Origin: a bacterium | Lineage (GTDB): Bacteria; Cyanobacteriota; Vampirovibrionia; Vampirovibrionales; Vampirovibrionaceae | Assembly (NCBI GenBank): GCA_030429585.1 | Contig: JAUIEU010000001.1 | Span: 2,147,848 to 2,211,847, forward strand | Direction: 5' to 3' | DNA length: 64,000 nt | Shown here: positions 30,158-40,337 of the stretch, one piece after another | Position numbering within the stretch: position 1 is the stretch's first letter | Layout of the letters: every line of letters starts with the position of its first letter | The notes under the pieces: model-generated | Databases searched by the model: none | Told to the model about the DNA's origin: nothing | Seen by the model: only the letters and a program-made list of their open reading frames with translations | Made by a program: the position numbers and the translations under genes

Positions 30158-30219
30158 AATTCAAAATATCTCCAGAAACGAGGGTGGTTTCGGTTAAAAA
30201 AGTAAGGTTACAGGTGGCG

Positions 30220-30744
30220 TTAGTTGCTAGGGGTTGCTTGCAACATTTGGCCAACGGTTAAGCCACGGGCGTGGGCAATATCATCAAAGCCGCGCAAGTC
30301 GTTTAGGCCGTTAATAGCAGCACGGGCCACGTTTAATGGCGAGTTGGAGCCTAGTGATTTGCACAAAATGTTGCTAATGCCAGCCAATTCAAATACGGCA
30401 CGAGCCGCACCACCAGCAATAACACCAGTACCATCACTAGCGGGGCGCATAACAATGCGGCTACCACTGGCTTTGGCGTTTATCCGGTGAGGGATGGTTT
30501 TTTTGTGGATGGGCACCTGGATGAGTTGTTTTTTCGCGTCAGCTACGCCTTTTTGAATGGCGGTAATAACCTCGTTGGCTTTGCCAACACCAAGGCCAAC
30601 CATGCCATCGTTGTTGCCGACAACAACAACTGCACGAAAGCTCATCTTCTTACCGCCTTTGACAACTTTGGTCACGCGGCGAATTTGAATAACGCGTTCT
30701 TTCCATTCCGTTTCTTGTTTTTGGTGGTCCATAATTAGGGTCAC
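30220..30744 (-). CDS. rpsE: 30S ribosomal protein S5
   Basis: '[36 protein letters not shown]' S5 dsRBD-like motif. Confidence 0.9.
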   Translation of the reverse strand: MTLIMDHQKQETEWKERVIQIRRVTKVVKGGKKMSFRAVVVVGNNDGMVGLGVGKANEVITAIQKGVADAKKQLIQVPIHKKTIPHRINAKASGSRIVMRPASDGTGVIAGGAARAVFELAGISNILCKSLGSNSPLNVARAAINGLNDLRGFDDIAHARGLTVGQMLQATPSN

Positions 30745-30943
30745 AATCCTGGTTAATCTAAGGTTTAAAGCGAGGTGTTAAGGTCTGTTTATTGGGTTAA
30801 ACAGGGCCACCATGGGGTTAAATAGGCTGGTAGGCGCCTGATGTAGTTTAAACAGAGAAGACGTAAAGTAGCACAAGGGCCATCGATAGTTCAAGCTATT
30901 TGTGACAGCTGCGCAAAAGGATTGTACCTAAAGGGTGCCTGCC

Positions 30944-30971
30944 GTAAAATCCCTATTGGCCGGGATTTTAC
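30944..30971. promoter_or_regulatory. Perfect 10-bp inverted repeat GTAAAATCCC-tattggcc-GGGATTTTAC in the divergent rpsE / metallophosphoesterase intergenic region
   Basis: Read directly. Candidate operator or leader hairpin. Confidence 0.3.
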
Positions 30972-31010
30972 CTAAACGGCCTGTTTTGTTCGGATGGAAA
31001 GTGACCCGAA

Positions 31011-31973
31011 TTGGTGAACAGCCAACAACTATTAAAGAAAGTAGGTGGCCTGATGCTGTTTATTGGCGTGATAGTAGCAGCCGCATTGTTACTTATACCC
31101 CAGCCTCAGTATTCCTCTGCCCAGGCGCCGGTACCTAATGTACCCTTAGCCGCCCCTGCGGAAGAAACCACGGTGACCTTGGCCGCTATTGGTGATACAG
31201 GGGCCAATACGCCTTTTCAACGCGCGGTAGCTACCCAGCTGATTGATTACTTCCACGGGCAACACCCTTTAGATGGCGTGTTGCATTTGGGCGATATTAT
31301 CTACCCAGAAGGCGATATTGAGCGCTTTGGCCAAAGCCATTATGCCAACCATTACCAAGCCTTGTGGGAAGAAGGCGTCCCCTTCTATCTGTCGTTAGGC
31401 AACCACGATGTGTTACGAGGCTTTCGGCCAGAGATATTAGCCTTTTACGGTATGCCTAACCGGTACTACACCTTCCAACTGGCCAATGGCACCGGCACGA
31501 ATAAGGTAACGGTGGATTGCTTTGCCTTGGATACCAATATTTACAAAGATGTTGACCAAATTGCTTGGCTAAAACAGGCGTTGGCCAGCAGTACTGCAGA
31601 TTGGCAGGTAGTGTATGCCCATCACCCATTGCATAGTAGTGGGGCCCATGGCAGTCATAAAAAGCTAACTGCCCTGTATGCTCCTATTTTTAAGCAGTAC
31701 GGGGTGGATGTGTATATGGCAGGCCATGAGCACGATTACGAGCGCTTTAACCCCATTGATGGCACCCTGCATGTGGTTTCTGGTGGTGGTGGGGCTTATT
31801 TGCGTAAGTTTTCGTCACAGCATCCCCAATCGGCAGTGCGGTTGCGCGCCCACCACTTTACTGTGTTGCAGTTTGGTAAGCAGGCGGCCCGCGGCCAAGC
31901 CATTGATAAAACGGGTAAGGTGATTGATGCCTTTACCATCCCCCATACGGAGGCTATACCGACGGGTGTGTAG
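31011..31973 (+). CDS. Secreted calcineurin-like metallophosphoesterase (purple acid phosphatase-like)
   Basis: Signal peptide plus 'GDTG', 'GDIIYPEG', 'GNHD' and 'GHEHDYER' metallophosphatase motifs. Confidence 0.8.
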   Translation: MVNSQQLLKKVGGLMLFIGVIVAAALLLIPQPQYSSAQAPVPNVPLAAPAEETTVTLAAIGDTGANTPFQRAVATQLIDYFHGQHPLDGVLHLGDIIYPEGDIERFGQSHYANHYQALWEEGVPFYLSLGNHDVLRGFRPEILAFYGMPNRYYTFQLANGTGTNKVTVDCFALDTNIYKDVDQIAWLKQALASSTADWQVVYAHHPLHSSGAHGSHKKLTALYAPIFKQYGVDVYMAGHEHDYERFNPIDGTLHVVSGGGGAYLRKFSSQHPQSAVRLRAHHFTVLQFGKQAARGQAIDKTGKVIDAFTIPHTEAIPTGV

Positions 31974-32134
31974 CCAAGCTGTGGGGCATGCGATGGTTTA
32001 CAATAGGTAACATAGTGGCATGTGGGTGCCTTTAGGGTGCTTAATGCCGATGTTGACCCCCTTGCTAGGTACGCCTTTACAATACTAGTCAACATCCCCT
32101 TGTAGATCCCCCCAGAGAGAGCCTAACGACGACC

Positions 32135-33202
32135 ATGGATTTGGTGAACGTGCCATTAACCCAACCCCCGGCTAGCGCTAGCTATAGTGCTGGTTCACCT
32201 GCTGGCGGCCAATCGGTGGTGGGTTCTATTACAGGTAATGTGGCCGTTCAGCCTCCGGCCTCTACAGGTGTACAGGCCTACCGTGGTGGTGGCAGCGATG
32301 TGTTTTTGCCTTCGGGCTACACCTCAACGGCTTCTGCGGCGCCGAGCCATTATTGGCAGCAACCGGCCCCTGTGGCCAGCCCTTCGCTAACCTCGCCATC
32401 GTTTACATCGCCGTTGGGCATGGAAAAAGTGGAAGTCTTTATTGACCGCACAACCCACCAATTGTACGTGCCGATTAATGTGATGGACGAAGTGGCCCAT
32501 GCCACACCAAAACAGGCGGAAACGCCTTTCCATAAGGTGAAATACACCAAAACCACAGAATCAGCCGAACCCGATAACCCTTCTGTTGATATTACGGTAG
32601 AAGAGCCCGTGGAGAGGGATAACGCTAAAACAACAAACGAAGACGCCGAACCAAAGGCGTCGTCTGATAAAAACCCGGAAGACAGCGATACTACCCCGAA
32701 AAAGGATGCGGCCACCCCAGCCACGACGCCCCCAGCTAAACTAACGGATGAACAACAGGCTGTGGCAGAATTTATGCAGGCCTATAATGCGTTAAAAGAA
32801 TCCATATCGGACCCTGAGGTAAGTGCGGCACTGGGGCGCATGCGCAACCGCATGCTAAGCCCATGGAGCATTAACCCGTTTAGTTTTTTAAAGGATTTAA
32901 ACACGATCCGTAAAGATGATTCTGTCAAAAAATTCCTAAAAGAATCCAAAGACTTGGGCCCGTATTGGGATAAATTAAAGGCCGCCTTGCCAGAACCCAC
33001 CGAAAGCACCACCACAACCACCGTTCGTAAAACCGTGGCCCCACCAGAGCTGGTTAGGCATCCATCCGCCCCCCATGTTCACCCGAATCCTCGTCCGCGC
33101 CCAAGGCCACGGTACACCCCCAGTTCTGTAGAAGAAAAACCCACCATCATCCCGGTGGACTCCCTCTCGCCAGAGCTGTTGGCCGAATTAATGAATAGCT
33201 AA
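32135..33202 (+). CDS. Hypothetical S/T/P/A-rich low-complexity protein
   Basis: ORF with a long compositionally biased N-terminal half and a Pro/Arg-rich C-terminus. No recognisable domain. Confidence 0.45.
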   Translation: MDLVNVPLTQPPASASYSAGSPAGGQSVVGSITGNVAVQPPASTGVQAYRGGGSDVFLPSGYTSTASAAPSHYWQQPAPVASPSLTSPSFTSPLGMEKVEVFIDRTTHQLYVPINVMDEVAHATPKQAETPFHKVKYTKTTESAEPDNPSVDITVEEPVERDNAKTTNEDAEPKASSDKNPEDSDTTPKKDAATPATTPPAKLTDEQQAVAEFMQAYNALKESISDPEVSAALGRMRNRMLSPWSINPFSFLKDLNTIRKDDSVKKFLKESKDLGPYWDKLKAALPEPTESTTTTTVRKTVAPPELVRHPSAPHVHPNPRPRPRPRYTPSSVEEKPTIIPVDSLSPELLAELMNS

Positions 33203-33267
33203 ACATATCATCAACGCGCTAGCGCTAAGTATCGTTGGCTAAAAAGCGATGAATAGGCGATAAAAAG

Positions 33268-34077
33268 CTAGGAATCGCCAGGCATGGGCAGCATTTGCTC
33301 GTGCAAAATATCGCCGGTGCAGGCCATTAGCAGGCAATGCTCTACAAACAGGCTGGCTACGTCATCCTCACTGCACGGTATTAGGGCTTCGTCATCTACC
33401 AGGGCAATGCTGCAATCGCCTTGGGCGGGCACATACAGGCTGGCTACTTCATGCTCTAGCAGTTCGGGCACATCGTGCAGGGGGTTATCTTCCGTTAGGA
33501 TGGCAAAATCGCCGTTTAGGGCTAAAATACGCCCACACAGCAGCTGTTTGTTGGGGTTGTTAGGGTCGATAATGGCATAGGGGCGCGTATGGCTGCGCAC
33601 GGTAAAGCTTAGGTGGTGCCATAAAATGCTGGCCATACCTACCGAACGATCCCCATCCACGCTGGTGTGAACGGAGCGTTCTGGCAGGTGGGTGATTTTA
33701 TGGGCGCTAAGCATGTTTTTTCGCTTGCGGTGGAAGCGAGGCTGCATAAAGTGCTTGCTAAGGCGTTGCTGCAGGGCGGTGCCGCTGGTTTCTAGCTCGG
33801 TTAGTAGGGTGTCAAAAATGCGGTTGGTGCGCTGCTGGATGGCTTGCTGGGCCAGCCATTGGTTGGCCAGATGCTCGGCAAGGCTATCCATGGGGTGTTC
33901 TGGCACCATGGGGGTGTGTTCGTGCTCGGGGGCGCCCACATCCATCAGTTCCATGTGGCCTACGGTCGTGGTGCTGGCGGTTTGCCACAGTTTGGCGGCG
34001 CGGGCCAAGCGGGCATGCTGCACATCTTCCATAAAGCTACTAATGCCTGCTTGGTGGGTGTGGTCGTGTGGGCTCAT
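33268..34077 (-). CDS. Hypothetical protein (269 aa)
   Basis: ORF only. Confidence 0.4.
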   Translation of the reverse strand: MSPHDHTHQAGISSFMEDVQHARLARAAKLWQTASTTTVGHMELMDVGAPEHEHTPMVPEHPMDSLAEHLANQWLAQQAIQQRTNRIFDTLLTELETSGTALQQRLSKHFMQPRFHRKRKNMLSAHKITHLPERSVHTSVDGDRSVGMASILWHHLSFTVRSHTRPYAIIDPNNPNKQLLCGRILALNGDFAILTEDNPLHDVPELLEHEVASLYVPAQGDCSIALVDDEALIPCSEDDVASLFVEHCLLMACTGDILHEQMLPMPGDS

Positions 34078-34184
34078 CAGGGCTGCTCTCTATGGGTTTA
34101 CGCTATCCTTGGTGCCGATACCCACGCAGGGTAACGTTGCTATACACACTATTGTATCAGAGGAAGGCTATTGTGTGGGCAGCA

Positions 34185-34748
34185 TTAATTATTGAGTGAT
34201 AATTTTAAAAATTGGGTTGCCCATTGGGGAAGAAATGAGTGTTTAGGAGAAGGAGAGGGTGGCGGTGGCGCTGATGTTTTAGGGGGTTCGCTTAGCTTGG
34301 TTTTGGCAAAGTCTGTAAATGCTGTTAACGCCTGGCGTATGCCTTTTAGTGTTATTGGGCGCGAAGGCGCGTCGTATACAGGATCTTGTGTAATCGTCAT
34401 ATTACTAGGTGTAAGGCCAATACGAATAGCGCCATCGAATTGTTCCCCGGTATAAAAATTGAGGGAATAGGCTTTTTTTTGTGCGTCGTAATGAATGCCG
34501 ACGCCTTTTTGTTGCCCCCTCTTTTTGTTTCGCGCTTTTGTTTTCGTTAGTAGTTTTATGCCTTTTTTAAGCATACGTTCCGATATGTTGGCCTGGTCTT
34601 TATAAACTGTTTTCCATTTTTTGTTCTTAATGGGTACTGTTAGCCCACCCTCTGATGGTAAAGCAGTAAGGTTGATCTTGGTTTGTGGCTTCTTCCTACC
34701 AAAAGCCGCCGCATGGCTAGTATTGCTGGAAAAGCGAACACTATTCAT
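34185..34748 (-). CDS. Hypothetical basic protein in an AT-rich islet; paralog of the 38265..38732 gene
   Basis: 'FGRKKPQTKINLTALPSEGGLTVPI' and 'QKKAYSLNFY' parallel 'FGKKEKKPTAKVGKPTPETLIIGRE' and 'QKAYSEKYIF' in the 155-aa ORF. Visibly lower GC than the flanks. Confidence 0.5.
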   Translation of the reverse strand: MNSVRFSSNTSHAAAFGRKKPQTKINLTALPSEGGLTVPIKNKKWKTVYKDQANISERMLKKGIKLLTKTKARNKKRGQQKGVGIHYDAQKKAYSLNFYTGEQFDGAIRIGLTPSNMTITQDPVYDAPSRPITLKGIRQALTAFTDFAKTKLSEPPKTSAPPPPSPSPKHSFLPQWATQFLKLSLNN

Positions 34749-34795
34749 GGTGTATGTGCCTCCATAAGGGCTGTGGTTGTAGTTACCAGCCGTGT

Positions 34796-34830
34796 AAAAC
34801 CGCCTAAAGCGTAGAGATTACCCTAGGCGG
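34796..34830 (-). terminator. Candidate terminator downstream of ugd
   Basis: CCGCCTA...TAGGCGG stem followed by a TTTT run on the minus strand. Confidence 0.3.
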
Positions 34831-34844
34831 GGGGTGTGGTGTGG

Positions 34845-36173
34845 TTACTGTGGTTGTGGGCCGCTGGCGGTACGGCCAATGCTAACATAGTGGTAGCCGT
34901 GTTCTTCCATCTTTTTGGGTGGGTACAGGTTACGGCCGTCTACAATCACGCGGCAATCGCTGCCGGCTTTTAGCTGTTGCATATCCACGTGGATAAACTC
35001 TGGCCACTCTGTCACAATGGCAATCGCATCGGCGTTTTCCGTGGCGGCATACATGTCATCGCAGTAGGTAATTCTAGGGAAGATGGCACGGTTTTTGTCC
35101 ATGGCAATGGGATCGTAGGCTTGCACCTTGGCGCCACGCTGTATTAACCCACGGATAATGTGGCTACTGGGGCAATCCCGCATGTCATCTGTACCGGGCC
35201 TAAAGGCTAGCCCCCACACGGCCACGGTTTTGCCGTGCAAATCGCCGCCAACGGCGCGTTCCACCCGCTCTACAAAGTTAATGCGTTGGTAGCGGTTAAT
35301 AATTTCTGTGGTTTTAAGCAAATCCAGGTTTAGGTGGTACTCATCGGCAATGGCCACCAGGCTGTTAATATCCTTAGGGAAGAAAATACCCCCGTAGCCA
35401 ATACCGGCGTTTAAATAATGGGGCGAAATTCGGCGATCCATCCCCAAGCCCTTGGCCACCATGGTAATATCCGCGTTGGTTTTTTCGCACACGTGGGCAA
35501 TGCTGTTAATAAAGCTAATTTTCATGGCTAAAAAGGCATTGGTGGCGTGTTTAATCAGCTCAGCGCTGCTTAAATCCGTAATAAGCATGGGGCCGTTTAG
35601 CGGTTGGTACAGCTTTACCAAAATATCAATGGCATCTTGGCTATCGGCGCCAATCACCACCCGGTCTGGGTGGAAAAAATCATGGATGGCGTTGCCTTCT
35701 CGCATAAATTGGGGCACGGCAGCAATATCAAACTGGTAGGTCTTATCCTTGGGTAGGGCTTCATCGAGCAGGGTTTGCAGGTACTCGCCACTTTTAATGG
35801 GTAGGGTGCTTTTTTCCACAATCAAGGTGTATTTATCCGGCACTAATGCCTTGGCAATGTCATCCACGGCCATGGTTAGGGGGCGCATATCCGGCTTGCC
35901 CACGGGGGCTTGCTTGGCACCCATGCATAGAAAAATAATATCAGCGTCTTTCAGGGCATCCTGAATATCAGACGTGAAGAAGAGGCGTTGTTCTTCCACA
36001 TTGGTTTTAATTTTGGCGTCTAGGCCTTTTTCAAAAAAGGGTACTTGCCCCTGCCGTAGCAAATCTATTTTGCCGGTATCCAGGTCGGTGCAAGTAACGG
36101 TGTGGCCCATATCGGCTAAACACGTGCCTGTTACGGTACCGACATATCCGGAGCCAATCACTGCCATGCGCAT
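34845..36173 (-). CDS. ugd: UDP-glucose 6-dehydrogenase
   Basis: 'MRMAVIGSGYVGTVTG' NAD site and UDPG/MGDP dehydrogenase family layout. 442 aa. Confidence 0.9.
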   Translation of the reverse strand: MRMAVIGSGYVGTVTGTCLADMGHTVTCTDLDTGKIDLLRQGQVPFFEKGLDAKIKTNVEEQRLFFTSDIQDALKDADIIFLCMGAKQAPVGKPDMRPLTMAVDDIAKALVPDKYTLIVEKSTLPIKSGEYLQTLLDEALPKDKTYQFDIAAVPQFMREGNAIHDFFHPDRVVIGADSQDAIDILVKLYQPLNGPMLITDLSSAELIKHATNAFLAMKISFINSIAHVCEKTNADITMVAKGLGMDRRISPHYLNAGIGYGGIFFPKDINSLVAIADEYHLNLDLLKTTEIINRYQRINFVERVERAVGGDLHGKTVAVWGLAFRPGTDDMRDCPSSHIIRGLIQRGAKVQAYDPIAMDKNRAIFPRITYCDDMYAATENADAIAIVTEWPEFIHVDMQQLKAGSDCRVIVDGRNLYPPKKMEEHGYHYVSIGRTASGPQPQ

Positions 36174-36481
36174 GGTGGGTGGTGTCCTTGAAAAATACTG
36201 AACAATAGACGCCCATACAACAGGGCTGGAATGCGCACTACCCTACCATAAAGAGCCCCTAAACAGGGAGGCAAAGGTTGGCCCTACAGTAACTAGATGA
36301 GTGTGGCCGCCAAGGTGGGCTAGCCCCTGGGCTGTTTGGTGGGGATACTGCGGGCTAGCTACGGCGCGGGGTGGGTTTTGGGCCGGTTTTACTGTAGGGC
36401 GCCTTGGTTAAGTTCGATACCCACAACAGAGACAGAGACCCACCCAATTTTTTGGTTGAAGCGGAAAGGATTCCCGATACC

Positions 36482-37390
36482 ATGACATTTATTAACACTA
36501 ACATTGCCGCCCTGCGCGCCATGAGAAACTTACAAGTAAATACCAGCTTTGCAGAACGCACCTATGAAGAACTGGCCACTGGCTCTAAAATTATTCGTGC
36601 GGCGGATAGCCCGGTAGAATACGCCATTAGCGAAAAGCTAAAGCATACCAATTTATCTGTAAAACAAGCCCAAACCAATGCCAGTAATGGTATTAGCATT
36701 TTGCAAACCACAGAAGCGACCCTGCAAACCATTCAAGACCACCTACACCGCATCCGCGAATTGGCCGTACAATCGGCAAACGATGTAAACAGTGTGGATT
36801 CTCGCCTAAGTATTGCAAAAGAAACCCGTCAACTTTCTGAAGAAATTAACCGCCTAGCCGCTGCCGCGGAATTTAACGGCATGAAACTGCTAGATGGCAC
36901 CGCCACCAATCAATATGTACAAATTGGCCCAAAATCTGCCACGGCAGGTAACGCGGTGGATATTTCTGCCGGTTTGTTAAGCGCCGATATTGATGCCACC
37001 GGTGGTGGCCTGGGCGTGATTGATAGCGGTGGTGGCCTAACCCTGGCTAGCTTAGATGAGATTTATAACGCTGGCGCGAACACAACATTGTTGGATGATA
37101 ACGCCACTATTCGTAGCTTTATTAACGATATTGATAATTCTATTAGCACCTTGTTGGGCCGCCGCGGCACCTTAGGCGCCCTGCAAAACCGGTTAGAAGG
37201 TGTTGTACAAAACTTGGGCGAATATTCTGAAAACCTTACTCGCTCCGAATCCTCTATCCGTGATGTAGAAGTGGGCGAAGCGTCGTCTCGGTTAGCGACG
37301 TCTCAATTGCGTCTGTCTTCTGCCACACAGGTATTAAGCCGTATTAACCAGTTTGAAATGAATGTGGTACAGCAGCTACTGGCCGGCTAA
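36482..37390 (+). CDS. Flagellin (paralog 1)
   Basis: N-terminal 'TFINTNIAALRAMRNLQ' and 'ISILQTTEATLQTIQDHLHRIRELAVQSAN', and a C-terminal 'GALQNRLEGVVQNLGEYSENLTRSESSIRDVEVGEASSRL...SRI'. The track ORF begins at an upstream alternative start (36404). The ATG with an AGGA SD is more plausible. Confidence 0.85.
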   Translation: MTFINTNIAALRAMRNLQVNTSFAERTYEELATGSKIIRAADSPVEYAISEKLKHTNLSVKQAQTNASNGISILQTTEATLQTIQDHLHRIRELAVQSANDVNSVDSRLSIAKETRQLSEEINRLAAAAEFNGMKLLDGTATNQYVQIGPKSATAGNAVDISAGLLSADIDATGGGLGVIDSGGGLTLASLDEIYNAGANTTLLDDNATIRSFINDIDNSISTLLGRRGTLGALQNRLEGVVQNLGEYSENLTRSESSIRDVEVGEASSRLATSQLRLSSATQVLSRINQFEMNVVQQLLAG

Positions 37391-37516
37391 CCCTTTGTTT
37401 CGTTCCTCCCTGTCTGTTCCTCTTTTTTCTGTCTTATCTCTGTTTTGTCTTTAATCCTTTGTCTTTCCCCTTGTTACCGTTTATTCCCCTTGTATATGTA
37501 GTTAGGAGTTCCCTCA

Positions 37517-37813
37517 ATGTCCTCTCTTCGAGATATGGACGTGTTTGAATCGATGGCTCACCTGCCAACGACTGTTAAACGCCCTGTAAAAACCCTCCAC
37601 TTGGATGCAAAACCGTATGCCAGTGTGCCAAGCGCCACCTGGATGCTAGCCCCCAAAGCCCGGCATACCCCCACCTTTGTGCAGGTGGCCCATGCGAATC
37701 ATCATGCCAGCACTCCGCCATTGCGCGCCCTAAACGTAGGCGACGAAATTCGTCAGCTAATACGGGCCCATGCCTTTAAATCCAATTTGGCTAAAGTGTT
37801 TGAAATTCAGTAA
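37517..37813 (+). CDS. Hypothetical protein downstream of flagellin 1
   Basis: 98-aa ORF with an AGGAG SD 9 nt upstream. No recognisable domain. Confidence 0.45.
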   Translation: MSSLRDMDVFESMAHLPTTVKRPVKTLHLDAKPYASVPSATWMLAPKARHTPTFVQVAHANHHASTPPLRALNVGDEIRQLIRAHAFKSNLAKVFEIQ

Positions 37814-37890
37814 ACACCGTCGTGTTTATAGGCAAAACGCCAACCGTGTATCGGTTGGCGAGCGGTTGATGCATTAGGTGTAGTATCTTC

Positions 37891-38151
37891 TTAAGCTTGG
37901 CTGGCATGGCCGTTGGGCCGCCTTTGCAAGTTTTTTACGGTTAGCATGGTTTTGTTAAACAGGCTAACGGCATCCATGTAGCTGTTTAGGGCCGCTTCGC
38001 TTTCTGCGGTAATGGTGGCCATGCTGATGGGTTCGCCATTGGTGCCGCCCGCGTCTTTCACGTATTTGGCGCTTAGGTATTTTTCCAAATCACCGTAATT
38101 TTTCATGGTGGTTGTGTTCCGTTTCCCGTATCTCCTGGGTAATACTGCCAT
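37891..38151 (-). CDS. Small hypothetical protein (likely true start at the internal 'MKNYGDLEKY')
   Basis: ORF only. Confidence 0.3.
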   Translation of the reverse strand: MAVLPRRYGKRNTTTMKNYGDLEKYLSAKYVKDAGGTNGEPISMATITAESEAALNSYMDAVSLFNKTMLTVKNLQRRPNGHASQA

Positions 38152-38264
38152 GTGGGGCTAATTACCACTAACAACTGCATAAAAACAATTAAATGGGGCT
38201 TCGGAACGATTTGTTACGTTGTGTAAAAAGATTAATTCGGATAGGTGTTAAGGTTAAGCTAATG

Positions 38265-38732
38265 TCATCTTTTTAAATAGTCTAATAGGGGTGAGTAGAT
38301 TCTGGTATAGAAGAAGTTTGAAATTGGGGATCTGTTTTTAAAATTAGTGGGTGGATAGGGGGTGATAAGTTGGCTAGGCTTAAAGCGAAGTGGTTTAGGG
38401 TCAAGTAGCGGAAGGCTAAGAATGCTAATGTGTTCACCTTTAGGCGTTTTAAAAATATATTTTTCAGAATAAGCTTTTTGTGGTGTTACAAATTCTACGA
38501 TATCCCCTTTTTTAAGGTGGTTCTCAGTGCCGTGCTCCCTTCTTCTATATTGTTTGCCAAATCTATCTACGTTTTCTGTATATAAATCAGCATTGACTAC
38601 ATATTCTCTCCCTATTATTAAAGTCTCAGGAGTTGGCTTGCCCACCTTTGCAGTAGGCTTTTTTTCTTTTTTACCAAAAGTGGGCTGGGTGTATAGAGGG
38701 GCGGCACGGTATGAAGACGCATAAATAGTCAT
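38265..38732 (-). CDS. Hypothetical protein in an AT-rich islet; paralog of the 34185..34748 gene
   Basis: See the shared motifs above. Surrounding DNA is visibly AT-rich. Confidence 0.5.
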   Translation of the reverse strand: MTIYASSYRAAPLYTQPTFGKKEKKPTAKVGKPTPETLIIGREYVVNADLYTENVDRFGKQYRRREHGTENHLKKGDIVEFVTPQKAYSEKYIFKTPKGEHISILSLPLLDPKPLRFKPSQLITPYPPTNFKNRSPISNFFYTRIYSPLLDYLKR

Positions 38733-38818
38733 TAACCAAGGCTTTCTTATTTATTAGAGGCTTGTTCATATTACTATGGTTTAAAACCCGTGTGAATTAA
38801 CTGAATTGCCCCAACGCC

Positions 38819-40330
38819 ATGCCTGCCCCTTATAAAGACCTCCGCGACTTTATCCAACTGCTAAAAAAGCAGGATGATTTAATCGAAATTACGGATCCGG
38901 TTTCCACTCATTTAGAAATTACCGAAGTGGCCGACCGAGTAAGCAAAGCGGGCCGTGCTAAAAATAAGGCGCTGTTGTTTACCAATGTGCTGCAACCTAA
39001 CGGCCAACAATGCGCCATGCCCGTGCTTATTAATGCCCTTGGCGCCCACGAGCGGATGCAAACCGCCTTAGGCCTAACCCCAGATAAAGACGACCCTACC
39101 GGCGTAAACGCTTACAAGGCCTTATCCGATCGGATTGCCTTTTTTTTAAAGCCGCCTAAGCTAAATGGCTTGATGGATGCCATGAGTTTGCTGCCGAAGT
39201 TTGCCGACCTTAAAAACGTGCTGCCAAAAGTTACCAAGGGTAGTGCCCCGTGCCAAGAGGTGGTACTAACCGACCCCAGCAAACCCATGCTAGATGCGCT
39301 GCCGATCTTAACCTGCTGGCCAGATGATGGCGGGCCGTATATTACCTTTGGCACTGTGTTTGTAAAAGACCCCGACAGCGGCGAGCGCAACGTGGGCATG
39401 TACCGCTTGCAAAAGTACGATAACACCACCACTGGTATGCACTGGCAAAAACACCACGATGGGAACCGCTTGTACGAAAACGCCAAAGCCAAGGGCCTAA
39501 CCGAACTAGACGTAGCGGTAGCCATCGGCCCTAGCCCCCACGTTACCTTTGCGGCCACAACCCCGCTACCACCGGGGATTGATGAAATGCTGTTTGCTGG
39601 CTTTGCCCACAACACGCCGGTAGAGATGGTGAAATGCAAAACCATTGATAATGAAGTGCCTGCCAATAGCGAAATTGTATTAGAAGGTACCGTGCCGCTG
39701 GATGTGCTGCGCAACGAAGGCCCCTTTGGCGACCACACCGGCTATTACAGCTTGGCAGATGACTACCCCGTGTTTAATGTTAAAGCTGTCACCCACCGTA
39801 AAAACCCGATTTATCAGACGACGATAGTCGGAAAGCCCCCGCAAGAAGATTGCTACATGGGCAAGGCCATCGAGCGGATTTTTCTGCCGTGTGCCAAGCT
39901 GTTTATTAGCGAGTTAGTGGATATGAACCTGCCGTGGGAGGGTATTTTCCATAACTGTATGATTATTAGTATTGATAAGCGCTACCCGGGTCACGCCAAA
40001 AAAGCCATGAGCAGTATTTGGGGCTTTGGCCAAATGATGTTTACCAAGTACCTGATTGTGGTGGATAAAACCGTGGATGTGCACAACATTAGTGAAGTGG
40101 CCTGGCATGTATTTAACGATACCGACCCCAAACGCGACATGATGTTTGCCGAAGGCCCATTAGATGCCCTAGACCACGCTACCCCCCTATGGGCGTATGG
40201 CAGCAAGGTGGGGATTGATGCCACTAAAAAGTGGAAAAGCGAAGGCTTTGACCGCGAATGGCCCGATGAGCTTGAGATGAGCGAGGATATTACCCAAGCC
40301 GTAACCAAAAAATTCGCCCATTTGTTTTAG
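38819..40330 (+). CDS. UbiD-family (prenylated-FMN dependent) decarboxylase, menaquinone/ubiquinone biosynthesis type
   Basis: 503 aa. N-terminal 'DLRDFIQLLKKQDDLIEI' and overall UbiD layout. Confidence 0.85.
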   Translation: MPAPYKDLRDFIQLLKKQDDLIEITDPVSTHLEITEVADRVSKAGRAKNKALLFTNVLQPNGQQCAMPVLINALGAHERMQTALGLTPDKDDPTGVNAYKALSDRIAFFLKPPKLNGLMDAMSLLPKFADLKNVLPKVTKGSAPCQEVVLTDPSKPMLDALPILTCWPDDGGPYITFGTVFVKDPDSGERNVGMYRLQKYDNTTTGMHWQKHHDGNRLYENAKAKGLTELDVAVAIGPSPHVTFAATTPLPPGIDEMLFAGFAHNTPVEMVKCKTIDNEVPANSEIVLEGTVPLDVLRNEGPFGDHTGYYSLADDYPVFNVKAVTHRKNPIYQTTIVGKPPQEDCYMGKAIERIFLPCAKLFISELVDMNLPWEGIFHNCMIISIDKRYPGHAKKAMSSIWGFGQMMFTKYLIVVDKTVDVHNISEVAWHVFNDTDPKRDMMFAEGPLDALDHATPLWAYGSKVGIDATKKWKSEGFDREWPDELEMSEDITQAVTKKFAHLF

Positions 40331-40337
40331 TGGCGTC

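Noticed and set aside
36404-36481. Upstream extension of flagellin 1 from an alternative TTG start
   Set aside because: The in-frame ATG with an AGGA SD gives a canonical flagellin N-terminus (MTFINTNIAAL). The extension is not flagellin-like.
36174-36481. Sigma-28 (TAAA-N15-GCCGATAA) or sigma-54 (TGGCAC-N5-TTGCA) promoters upstream of the flagellin genes
   Set aside because: Only weak partial matches exist, for example TAAAGT...GTTTATAA upstream of paralog 3. None is convincing enough to annotate.
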